The translations under genes and the position numbers were made by a program. Positions 1 to 10,391 of a stretch of 26,840 nucleotides of DNA are shown here, in pieces (the stretch's first letter is position 1; each line of letters opens with the position of its first letter). The notes under the pieces were generated by a model. The model was not told the DNA's origin. It worked only from the letters and a program-made list of their open reading frames with translations, and made no database searches. This DNA is from Gemmatimonadota bacterium (GTDB lineage Bacteria > Gemmatimonadota > Gemmatimonadetes > Gemmatimonadales > Gemmatimonadaceae), in assembly GCA_031372565.1 (NCBI GenBank), contig JANMLN010000116.1, forward strand, positions 1 through 26,840, given 5' to 3'.

Positions 1-146
1 CCACGCCGCTGCCGGCCAAGGTCTACGCGAACGAAGGTATCTGCCAGGTGCTCTTCCTCCAGGGCAACGAGCCGCCGAGCACGAGCTACAAGGACAAGAA
101 GGGGCAGTACATGGGGCAGCACGGCGTGACGTTGCCGCGGCTCTGA
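1..146 (+). CDS. dcd: dCTP deaminase, 3' end (5'-truncated by window)
   Basis: Frame 3 from position 3 reads [47 protein letters not shown], the typical Dcd C-terminus (YANEG..Q; SY..K.G.Y.GQ.GVTLPR). TGA at 144-146. Absent from the ORF track because it has no start in the window. Confidence 0.88.
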   Translation, partial: TPLPAKVYANEGICQVLFLQGNEPPSTSYKDKKGQYMGQHGVTLPRL

Positions 147-149
147 CGC

Positions 150-842
150 GTGAGCACTCCGCAACACTGGGACCGCCACGCGGCACGCTTCACCTCCGAA
201 GTCTTCGACATCACGCGCGCCCACCGCGGGCGCACGCTCGAACGGCTCGTGCTGCAACTCGCGCCGCCCAAGGGCACGGGCACACTGCTCGACGCCGGCT
301 GCGGCATCGGCACCTTCACGCGCACCTACGGCGAGCGGTTCCATCACGTCATCGCCATGGACTTCTCGCCGGCCATCCTGCGACGCGCCATGACGACCAA
401 GCCGTTCATGCCCAACGTGACGTGGATGTGCGATGACATCGTGCGACTCCCCACCCTGCTCCGCCCCGGCCTCGCGGACCTCACGGTGTCGTTCAACGTG
501 CTCACCTATGCGGCCAAGGAGCGCAACCAGGACATTCTGCGCGCCCTCCGCGTGCTCACCGCCAAGCGTGGCGCGGCCGTCGTGGTGGCGCCATCCGCCG
601 AGTCTGAAGCCGAGGCTAGTGGTGTGAGCGCCGAGGACGCCGCCACGCACCTTCAGCAGCGGCTCGGGCTCAAGCAGACGTTCTTCACGCGGGATGAGCT
701 GGCGCGGTCGGCCCGCAAGGCCGGCTGGAAGTACGTCGACATCATGCCGATCACGTATCCGCGCGCCTACGAGCGCGTGGGCAAGGCCGGCGCCAACTCC
801 AAGCGCGACAACTACGACTGGCTCGCCGTCCTGTCGTCCTGA
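150..842 (+). CDS. Class I SAM-dependent methyltransferase, substrate unknown
   Basis: 230 aa ORF with GTG start 3 nt after the dcd stop. Motif I LLDAGCGIG, post-I VIAMDFSPAIL, then WMCDDI and ADLTVSFNVL. Confidence 0.8.
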   Translation: MSTPQHWDRHAARFTSEVFDITRAHRGRTLERLVLQLAPPKGTGTLLDAGCGIGTFTRTYGERFHHVIAMDFSPAILRRAMTTKPFMPNVTWMCDDIVRLPTLLRPGLADLTVSFNVLTYAAKERNQDILRALRVLTAKRGAAVVVAPSAESEAEASGVSAEDAATHLQQRLGLKQTFFTRDELARSARKAGWKYVDIMPITYPRAYERVGKAGANSKRDNYDWLAVLSS

Positions 843-935
843 GCGCAGCGAAGGACCCGCTTTTCCCCGCGAAACACGAAGGGCCTGCTTGCCTCACAAG
901 AGACAAGCAGGCCCTTCGCTTCGCTCAGGGCGACA
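832..935. repeat. Palindromic REP/RPE-like element, copy 1
   Basis: Left arm TGTCGTCCTGAGCGCAGCGAAGGACC (832-857) vs right arm GGCCCTTCGCTTCGCTCAGGGCGACA (910-935): 23/26 complementary. An inner perfect inverted repeat spans 877-891/904-918. The same arm sequence recurs at 8287-8372. Confidence 0.8.
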
Positions 936-950
936 AGCTGCTCACGACAA

Positions 951-1751
951 CTACCCCGCCCCCGCCAGGTGCCGCTCCTCCTGCTTCATCACCGTCGCCA
1001 TCACGTAATCCCGGTTCATCCGGCTGATCGAATCGATCGAGATCTCCTTCGGACACGCCTCCTGGCATTCGCCAAACAGCGAGCACCCGCCGAAGTTCTC
1101 GAGATCCATCTGCGCCACCATCTTGAGTGCACGCCGATACCGCTCCGGCTGCCCCTGTGGCAGGCTGCCCAGATGCGTGACCTTCGCGCTCGTGAACAGC
1201 GACGCTGACGAGTTCGGGCACGCCGCCACGCAGGCACCGCACCCGATGCACGCGGCCGCGTCCATCGCCGCATCGGCATCAGTCTTCGGCACCGGCACCG
1301 CGTTGCCGTCCACGGCATTGCCCGTGTTCACCGACACGTAGCCGCCGGCCTGGATGATCCGGTCGAAGGCGCTGCGGTCCACGACCAGATCGCGAATCAC
1401 CGGAAACGCCGCGGCGCGCCACGGCTCGATCGTGATCGCATCGCCGTCCTTGAAGGCACGCATGTGCAACTGGCACGTGGTCGATGCCTTCCATGGGCCG
1501 TGCGCCTGCCCGTTGATCATCATGCTGCAGCTGCCGCAGATCCCCTCGCGACAGTCATGATCGAACGCAATCGGCTGCTCGCCCTTGGTCGTCAACCCCT
1601 CGTTCACGACATCGAGCATCTCGAGGAAGCTCATGTCGGGGCTCACGTTCGTCGCCTGATACGTCTGCATGGCGCCCGCAGCCTTCGGGCCCGCCTGCCG
1701 CCAGACGCTCAGCGTGAGATTCATCGTCTTGCCCGTTCCAGATCCGCCCAC
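951..1751 (-). CDS. sdhB: Succinate dehydrogenase/fumarate reductase iron-sulfur subunit
   Basis: Motifs [29 protein letters not shown] and [13 protein letters not shown]. Start placed at GTG 1751 (AAGGAG 8 nt upstream); ATG 1724 is the alternative. Confidence 0.95.
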   Translation of the reverse strand: MGGSGTGKTMNLTLSVWRQAGPKAAGAMQTYQATNVSPDMSFLEMLDVVNEGLTTKGEQPIAFDHDCREGICGSCSMMINGQAHGPWKASTTCQLHMRAFKDGDAITIEPWRAAAFPVIRDLVVDRSAFDRIIQAGGYVSVNTGNAVDGNAVPVPKTDADAAMDAAACIGCGACVAACPNSSASLFTSAKVTHLGSLPQGQPERYRRALKMVAQMDLENFGGCSLFGECQEACPKEISIDSISRMNRDYVMATVMKQEERHLAGAG

Positions 1752-1774
1752 GGTCGATTCTCCTTGCTTGCAGG

Positions 1775-3688
<1,914 letters not shown>

Positions 3689-3698
3689 CGGCGGCTGC

Positions 3699-4426
3699 CT
3701 ATGGGGTCACGTGCGCGATCGTCGAATCCGCGGACGGGTTGGTCGCTGCGAGTGCACCGTCGGGCGCGCGCTTGGCCACGCCGGCCATGATGCCGAGCGG
3801 GATCACGGTGAACGCGAGCCAGACGCCAACGGCGAGCACGGTGGCGATGCGGCGGTGCAGCGGATGCTGGCTGGGCTTCGACAGGCCGAGCGTACGGACG
3901 CTGGCCCACGCGCCGTGGAAGAGGTGCAGGCCGAGGAAGACCATCGCCACCACGTACAACGCCACGTACAGCGGGTTGTTGAAGGCGACGATCATGTTGT
4001 TGTACACGTCCGTCTCGCTGAACGTCGTACGGTCCACCCAGCCGAGCGTGAAGTGCGCCAGGTGGAAGACGATGAAGAACAGGAGCAGCACCCCGCCCCA
4101 CCGCATCGTCTTGCTCGCGAACGTGCTCACCCGCGGCGAGCGCTTGGCGTAGTCCTGTGGGCGCGCGGCCTTGGCCATCTGCGTCAGCTGGTAGGCGGCC
4201 GTGAAGTGCAGCACGACGCTCACCAACAGCCCGCCACGCGCCAACCAGAGCACGCCGCCCAGCGACTTGAGGAATGCCGCATAGTGATTGATCGCCTCGG
4301 GGCCGCGGAAGACGAGCAGGTTCCCCGACACGTGGCCGATCACGAAGCCGATCATCGCCAGGCCGGTGACGGCCATGACGATCTTCTTGCCGATCGTTGA
4401 CGCCCAGAACGTGCCAATCATGCCCA

Positions 4427-4427
<1 letters not shown>
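3699..4427 (-). CDS. sdhC: Succinate dehydrogenase cytochrome b558 membrane anchor (single-subunit type)
   Basis: [20 protein letters not shown], about five hydrophobic helices with heme His residues (GH, LH, FHL, HLFHG). ATG 4427 overlaps the mdh stop (TAATG). Confidence 0.92.
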
Positions 4428-5442
<1,015 letters not shown>

Positions 5443-5569
5443 CGCAACGAATTAGAACGCCGAGTCCGAGTATCGGCGCGAGATCGCGCGCGGCGGTTCC
5501 GAGGGGCGGTGAGCTCGGAATCCTCGCGCCGGCGCGGCCTGGTCGCGCAGGACGCAGCGCTGCCCGCAC

Positions 5570-5606
5570 TGTTGTGCCGACGCCACAGTGTCGAGGTCTG
5601 GCCACA
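5570..5606 (+). promoter_or_regulatory. Tandem TGT-N12-ACA boxes (candidate enhancer-binding protein sites)
   Basis: TGT-tgtgccgacgcc-ACA (5570-5587) and TGT-cgaggtctggcc-ACA (5589-5606), about 85-120 nt upstream of a GG-N10-GC motif. Confidence 0.45.
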
Positions 5607-5688
5607 GAGAAAAACGCGTTATTCGTCTGATACAGCTATATGGCTCCGTGACACGGCCTGTTTCTGGTCTCTGGGTAACGTCCCCTGT

Positions 5689-5705
5689 GGGCATGGTTGA
5701 TGCGA
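5689..5705 (+). promoter_or_regulatory. Putative sigma54 (-24/-12) promoter for the PEP-CTERM gene
   Basis: gGGCATGGTTGATGCga with GG (5690-5691), 10 nt, GC (5702-5703), close to consensus TGGCAC-N5-TTGC. It lies about 68 nt before the ATG. Confidence 0.55.
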
Positions 5706-5771
5706 TTGCATTGGTGATTCCGCCGATGCTGGCGAGCCAGCACGGTACCCGTCCTCTCGAAGGGAAAGACC

Positions 5772-6497
5772 ATGCGACGCATTTTCGCACACCTCATCCG
5801 CATCACCCCCGCCGTGGTGATCGCGCTCGCCGCCCCCGTGGCCGCGCACGCACAGACCGCGTCGCACTACGATGGCGGGATGAACGGCTGGACGACGCAG
5901 ACGATCGTGAACCCGTACGGCTGCGCCTCAGGCGCGGGGGGCACCGTCGCGACGGGCGGTAACCCGGGCAGCCACTGGGGCTTCTCCAACTACGACTGCT
6001 ACACGCTGGTGTTCAACGCGCACGTCAGCACCTTCTCGTGGAACCCGATGTCGCAAGGCGCGATCACGGGAAACCTCACGTTCGGCTATGACATCTCCAC
6101 GTCCTCCGGTGGCCAGATCGCCTTCGAGAACGTCCTCCGTCAGGGCAACAAGTGGTTCGTCTCTGGCTACAACCTTGCCACCTACGGCCTCGGATGGGAG
6201 TCGGTGACCTCCACGCCGACCGCGTGGTGCGAGGTGTTTGCCGGGTTCGGACCGTCCAACAGCTATACGTGCGGAGGGGGCCTGCCCGACTTCTCGGCCG
6301 CCGGCGGGCAGATCGACTTCGGTGTGGTCTCGGCCAACTCGGGCTCCGGCCTTCGCTACGGCGGCATCGACAACTTTTCCGTGAGCTTCGACCACAGCGC
6401 GCCGGCCTCGACGGTGCCCGAGCCCGTGTCCATGTCGCTGGTGGCGACGGGACTCGCCGGACTCGCCCTCGTCACGCGCCGCCGCCGGAACCGGTAG
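5772..6497 (+). CDS. PEP-CTERM sorting-domain surface protein
   Basis: Signal peptide ending AHA|Q, Gly/Ser/Thr/aromatic-rich body, C-terminal VPEP + hydrophobic helix + RRRRNR. Purine-rich RBS AAGGGA. Confidence 0.92.
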   Translation: MRRIFAHLIRITPAVVIALAAPVAAHAQTASHYDGGMNGWTTQTIVNPYGCASGAGGTVATGGNPGSHWGFSNYDCYTLVFNAHVSTFSWNPMSQGAITGNLTFGYDISTSSGGQIAFENVLRQGNKWFVSGYNLATYGLGWESVTSTPTAWCEVFAGFGPSNSYTCGGGLPDFSAAGGQIDFGVVSANSGSGLRYGGIDNFSVSFDHSAPASTVPEPVSMSLVATGLAGLALVTRRRRNR

Positions 6498-6520
6498 GCC
6501 GAGCGTTCTTGGCCGTGATT

Positions 6521-6556
6521 GCAGACAGGGAGGCCCGAGCGGGCCTCCCTGTTTGC
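6521..6556. terminator. Hairpin, likely bidirectional terminator between the convergent PEP-CTERM gene and moaA
   Basis: GCAGACAGGGAGGCCC-GAGC-GGGCCTCCCTGTTTGC with a perfect 12-bp core stem, 23 nt after the PEP-CTERM stop. Confidence 0.7.
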
Positions 6557-6584
6557 GTTGCGCGCCTGCGACGCCTGAGGGTCG

Positions 6585-7589
6585 CTATCCCCCCACTTGG
6601 CTCAACGCCCTGAGTCCGCCCACCTGCATCTGCAGCAGCTGGTGCTCCTTCGGCTTCTCCGCGAGCGCCTGCCTGAACAGCGGCTCCAGCGGCTCTCCCC
6701 GCCGCAGCGGCTCGCGCAGCATCACCTCGTGGTCCCCGTACAGGCAGGTACGAAGCCGGCCATCGGCCGTGAGGCGCACCCGGTTGCAGCTCCCGCTGTA
6801 CGTGTGCGTCATCGGCGTGATCACGCCGATGGTGCCAGCCGCGCCATCCAACCTGTAGTACGCGGCGGGCCCGTTGCCGCGCGCGGGGCCCGCGTCGGCG
6901 GCCAGCGCGCCCACGGCCGCCACGCGCTCCAGAATCTCCGCCGACGGGACCACGTGCTCGAAGGTCAGCTCGCGCATCTCGCCCACCGGCATCAGCTCGA
7001 TGAAGCGCACATGCAGCGCGCGGTCGAGTGTGAGGCGCGCGAAGTCGGCCACCTCGTCGTCGTTGATGCCACGCATCACGACGACGTTGATCTTCACCGG
7101 TCCAAGGCCTGCGTCCAGCGCCGCGTCGAACGCCACCAGCGGGTCGAAGCCGATGTCGCGCCGAGCGATGGCCACGATGCGGTCGGCGCGCAGTGAGTCC
7201 GCGCTGATATTCACGCGATCGAGTCCGGCCGCCTTGAGCCCCGCGGCCATGGCCGGGAGCTTGGCCCCGTTGGTCGAGAGCGCGATGTCCTCGACCTGCG
7301 GCGTGGCGCGGAGCTGCGCGATCAGCGACTCGAGCTGGGGCCGGATGGTTGGCTCGCCGCCGGTGATGCGCACGCGGCGCAGCCCCAGCGGTGCCAACTG
7401 TCTCACGATCTCGGCGATCTCCTCGTAGCGCAGAATCTCCGCCTTGGGGAGCCACGGCAGCCCTTCGAGCGGCATGCAGTAGACGCAGCGGAAGTTGCAC
7501 CGGTCGGTCACCGAGATGCGCAGATACTCGATGCCGCGTCCGAACTGGTCGCGCAGCACGGTGCCGGGGGTCACGGGCGCGCTGCTCAC
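6585..7589 (-). CDS. moaA: GTP 3',8-cyclase MoaA (C-terminal cluster motif altered)
   Basis: YLRISVTDRCNFRCVYC radical-SAM motif, RITGGEP, STNG, RFIELMP, terminal QVGG. GTG start overlaps the moaE stop. Confidence 0.95.
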   Translation of the reverse strand: MSSAPVTPGTVLRDQFGRGIEYLRISVTDRCNFRCVYCMPLEGLPWLPKAEILRYEEIAEIVRQLAPLGLRRVRITGGEPTIRPQLESLIAQLRATPQVEDIALSTNGAKLPAMAAGLKAAGLDRVNISADSLRADRIVAIARRDIGFDPLVAFDAALDAGLGPVKINVVVMRGINDDEVADFARLTLDRALHVRFIELMPVGEMRELTFEHVVPSAEILERVAAVGALAADAGPARGNGPAAYYRLDGAAGTIGVITPMTHTYSGSCNRVRLTADGRLRTCLYGDHEVMLREPLRRGEPLEPLFRQALAEKPKEHQLLQMQVGGLRALSQVGG

Positions 7590-8026
7590 GGGTGTGAGGC
7601 CACGGGGGCCGACGCGGTCGGGTCGACCCAGGCGCGCGTGCCGTCGAGGTAGTGCTCGCGCTTCCAGATCGGGACGCGGCGCTTGAGCTCCTCGATCACG
7701 AAGCGACAGGCTTCGAACGCCGGCGCTCGGTGCGCGTGCGCCGCCGCAATGACCACGCTGGCCTCGCCAAGCGTGAGCGCCCCGGTGCGATGCTCGCAGA
7801 CCACCTGCGCCCCCGGGAAGCGCGCTTCAGCCTCCGCGACAACCGCGTTGAGTTCATGCACCGCCATGGCCTCGTAGGCATGGTACTCCATGCCGCTCAC
7901 CGCTCGGCCCTCGTGCATGTCGCGCACCGTTCCCACGAACAGCGTCGTGGCGCCGTGGCCCATGGCCGCGACCTCCGCCAGCAGTGCGGCGGGATCGAGC
8001 GGGCGCGAGACGAGGGCGGACCGCAT
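7586..8026 (-). CDS. moaE: Molybdopterin synthase catalytic subunit
   Basis: FVGTVRD, YHAYEAMA, HRTGAL, AHAHR..AF, ELKRRVPIWKRE. Confidence 0.93.
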   Translation of the reverse strand: MRSALVSRPLDPAALLAEVAAMGHGATTLFVGTVRDMHEGRAVSGMEYHAYEAMAVHELNAVVAEAEARFPGAQVVCEHRTGALTLGEASVVIAAAHAHRAPAFEACRFVIEELKRRVPIWKREHYLDGTRAWVDPTASAPVASHP

Positions 8027-8268
8027 CAGCCGCCGGCCACCGGCGGAATGACGGCGACCTCGTCGCCCGCGCTCACGAGGTCGGCCAGGTGCGCATATCG
8101 CGCATTGACGGCGACCAGCGGTTTCGGTGGCAGGCGCTCGGCGCCCGGCAGGGTACGCAGCTGCTCGAGGACGTCGGCCACGGTGGCCGTGACAGGAACA
8201 TCGAGCGCAACCTCATCCCGGCCAAGGGCTTCGGCGTAGGACGCAAAGAGGAGCACGCGGACAGACAT
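8026..8268 (-). CDS. moaD: Molybdopterin synthase sulfur carrier subunit
   Basis: 80 aa MSVRVLLFA...VAVN...GDEVAVIPPVAGG with C-terminal GG. Stop overlaps the moaE start (TGATG). Confidence 0.93.
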   Translation of the reverse strand: MSVRVLLFASYAEALGRDEVALDVPVTATVADVLEQLRTLPGAERLPPKPLVAVNARYAHLADLVSAGDEVAVIPPVAGG

Positions 8269-8286
8269 GCGGGAACGATAACCCGT

Positions 8287-8372
8287 TGTCGTCCTGAGCA
8301 AAGCGAAGGACCTGCTTCTCGGCCGTCGCGTGAACGGAGGGAAAGCAGGTCCGTCGCTGCGCTCAGGACGAC
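8287..8372. repeat. Palindromic REP/RPE-like element, copy 2
   Basis: GTCGTCCTGAGCAAAGCGAAGGACCTGCTT (8288-8317) pairs with AAGCAGGTCCGTCGCTGCGCTCAGGACGAC (8343-8372), 27/30 complementary. Same arms as 832-935. Confidence 0.8.
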
Positions 8373-8378
8373 GCGCGA

Positions 8379-8711
8379 TCAATCGTCGTCGTCTCCCACG
8401 TCCTCGATGTCGATGTCCGCCACCATGGCCCGTAACTCCTTGCTGGGCTTGAAGACCGGCACCGGCCGCGCCGACACCTCGACGGGCGCACCCGTGCGGG
8501 GATTGCGCGCCATCCGGGTCTTCCGCTGGCGAATCTTGAAGGTGCCGAACCCACGCACCTCAATGTTCCGCTGCTGCTGCAGCGCCTCCTTGATGGCGTC
8601 CAGGAAGGAGTCCACCACGCGGGCGCAGTCCTTTTTGGAGATCATGGGACCTGCGGTCTTGGCAATCTGCTCGGTGACCCGTTCGACCAGGTCTGCCTTC
8701 GTCATCGACAT
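8379..8711 (-). CDS. HU/IHF family DNA-binding protein
   Basis: MTKADLVE...IEVRGFGTF...ARNPRTG...PVFKPSKELR, with GAGAGG RBS. The HU vs IHF subtype is not resolved. Confidence 0.93.
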   Translation of the reverse strand: MSMTKADLVERVTEQIAKTAGPMISKKDCARVVDSFLDAIKEALQQQRNIEVRGFGTFKIRQRKTRMARNPRTGAPVEVSARPVPVFKPSKELRAMVADIDIEDVGDDDD

Positions 8712-8749
8712 GCCTCTCGCTACCTCGCCCGGAGGGTGGTTGAGGGCAG

Positions 8750-8778
8750 ATAGTAGGAGCTTACCTCTTGTGTGTCAA
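8750..8778 (-). promoter_or_regulatory. Sigma70 promoter of the HU/IHF gene
   Basis: Minus strand TTGACA (8778-8773), 17 nt, TACTAT (8755-8750): perfect -35 and near-consensus -10. Confidence 0.8.
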
Positions 8779-8792
8779 GCGTTTGGCTCGTT

Positions 8793-9905
8793 TTACGCGG
8801 AACGCTCGGCAACCGTCCGGAGGTACTGCGGGAAGAGCGGACGCGCGTCATGCGGGCCCGGCGCGGCCTCCGGATGGAACTGGACGGCGAAGATCGGCAG
8901 GGTGCGGTGTCGCACCCCTTCCAGCGACCCATCGTTGCAATTGACGTGCGTCGCGATGAGGTCCGGTGCTCCCGGAATCCCCGACTCGCTTCCCTCGACC
9001 GCGAAGCCGTGGTTCTGGCTCGTGATGAGAATCCTTCCGGTCTCGAGGTCGCGCACGGGGTGATTTCCCCCGCGGTGCCCGTACGGCATCTTCACCGTGC
9101 GCGCGCCAAACGTGAGGCAGATCAGCTGATGCCCGAGGCAAATGCCGAAGATCGGCACCCCGGCATCGGCGATCGCGCGGATATTGCCCGGCGCGTAGCT
9201 CACGGCAGCCGGATCGCCAGGTCCGTTCGACAGGAAGACGCCATGCGGCTGCATCGCAAGGACTTGCGACGCCGGCATGTCGGAGGGCACCACGGTAATG
9301 CGACAGCCGTGATCCGCAAACAGGCGCAGGATGTTGCGCTTGATTCCGAAGTCGTACGCGACGATGTGGTGCGGCGCGCCCGGATCGCCCCACGTGTAGG
9401 GCACCGTGGTCGACACGCGCGACGCCAGGTCCAGCCCCTCCATGCTCGGGCAGGCGGCCAGCGCCGCCGTGACCTCGTCGCTTGGGGCGCTGCCTGCCGC
9501 GATCACGCCGCGCATGCTACCGACCGTTCTCAGGTGCCGGGTGAGGGCCCGCGTGTCAACATCCGCGAGGATGGGCACTTGCGCCGCTGCGAGCCAACCC
9601 GCGAGATCGCCGGACGCACGCCAGTTCGAGTAGCTCGGCGACAGTTCGCGCACGACCACCCCCGCGACCTGCGGCTTGGCGGATTCCGGATCGTCGGTGT
9701 TGATGCCGTAATTGCCGATCATCGGCGAGGTCATCACGACGATCTGGCCATCGAACGACGGGTCGGAGAAGGTCTCCTGATACCCCGTCATGCCGGTCGT
9801 GAAGACGACTTCGGCGACCGTGGGCGTGGGCGTCCCCACCATGCGCCCGCGAAAGAGGGTTCCGTCCTCGAGGAGGAGGAACCCTGGCGTACTGGGTGTG
9901 CTCAC
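8793..9905 (-). CDS. carA: Carbamoyl-phosphate synthase small (glutaminase) subunit
   Basis: LLLEDGT, EVVFTTGMTGYQE..DPS, IGNYG, DTRALTR, LSNGPGDP, GICLGHQ, SQNHGF, QFHPEA. Confidence 0.96.
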   Translation of the reverse strand: MSTPSTPGFLLLEDGTLFRGRMVGTPTPTVAEVVFTTGMTGYQETFSDPSFDGQIVVMTSPMIGNYGINTDDPESAKPQVAGVVVRELSPSYSNWRASGDLAGWLAAAQVPILADVDTRALTRHLRTVGSMRGVIAAGSAPSDEVTAALAACPSMEGLDLASRVSTTVPYTWGDPGAPHHIVAYDFGIKRNILRLFADHGCRITVVPSDMPASQVLAMQPHGVFLSNGPGDPAAVSYAPGNIRAIADAGVPIFGICLGHQLICLTFGARTVKMPYGHRGGNHPVRDLETGRILITSQNHGFAVEGSESGIPGAPDLIATHVNCNDGSLEGVRHRTLPIFAVQFHPEAAPGPHDARPLFPQYLRTVAERSA

Positions 9906-9915
9906 CCGTGCGCGC

Positions 9916-10308
9916 TTACTTGGGCGCCGCCGGCGACTTGGCCGGGGCTGCAGGCGTCAGCGGAACCGCAGAAGGCGCGGCCGTCTTGGCACCACCAGCC
10001 GCAGGGGCGGCGGGCGACGTCGGGGCGGGCTTGTTCGAGAAGGTCTTGTCGAGGACCGAGGTCGGCGCGGCGGCGCGCGACGACATGATCTGCAGCACGA
10101 AGGCGAGGCCGATGAAGATGCCGCCGCCCCACCAGCTGATCGTCGTCAGAATGTTGCCGGCCTGCCGGGTGCCCATGAGGGCGTCGCCGCTGGAACTGGC
10201 GCCGCCGAAGCTGGCAGCCAAGCCCCCGCCCTTGCCACTCTGCAGGAGGATCGCCGTCGAGAGAACGATGGCGTCGAGGATCAGGATGATGAGCAGGAAC
10301 GTGTACAT
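9916..10308 (-). CDS. secG: Preprotein translocase subunit SecG
   Basis: Two TM helices flanking ILLQSGKGGGLAASFGG, Ala/Pro tail, located downstream of tpiA as is usual. Confidence 0.93.
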   Translation of the reverse strand: MYTFLLIILILDAIVLSTAILLQSGKGGGLAASFGGASSSGDALMGTRQAGNILTTISWWGGGIFIGLAFVLQIMSSRAAAPTSVLDKTFSNKPAPTSPAAPAAGGAKTAAPSAVPLTPAAPAKSPAAPK

Positions 10309-10352
10309 CGGAGTGCCGGACGTGGGGACCAGAGTTTCGAACGTAACCTTGA

Positions 10353-10381
10353 ATTCTAGAAGCGCTTGCGGTCCCGGTCAA
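10353..10381 (-). promoter_or_regulatory. Sigma70 promoter of secG-carA
   Basis: Minus strand TTGACC (10381-10376), 17 nt, TAGAAT (10358-10353), in the tpiA-secG spacer. Confidence 0.75.
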
Positions 10382-10391
10382 TCGCCTTGTT

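Noticed and set aside
832..935. Repeat interpreted as a CRISPR array or IS end
   Set aside because: There is no regular direct repeat-spacer array and no cas or transposase gene; the arms are inverted and close together.
9906..9915. Expected tRNA-Leu downstream of secG
   Set aside because: Only 10 nt separate secG from carA, and I saw no cloverleaf in any intergenic region.
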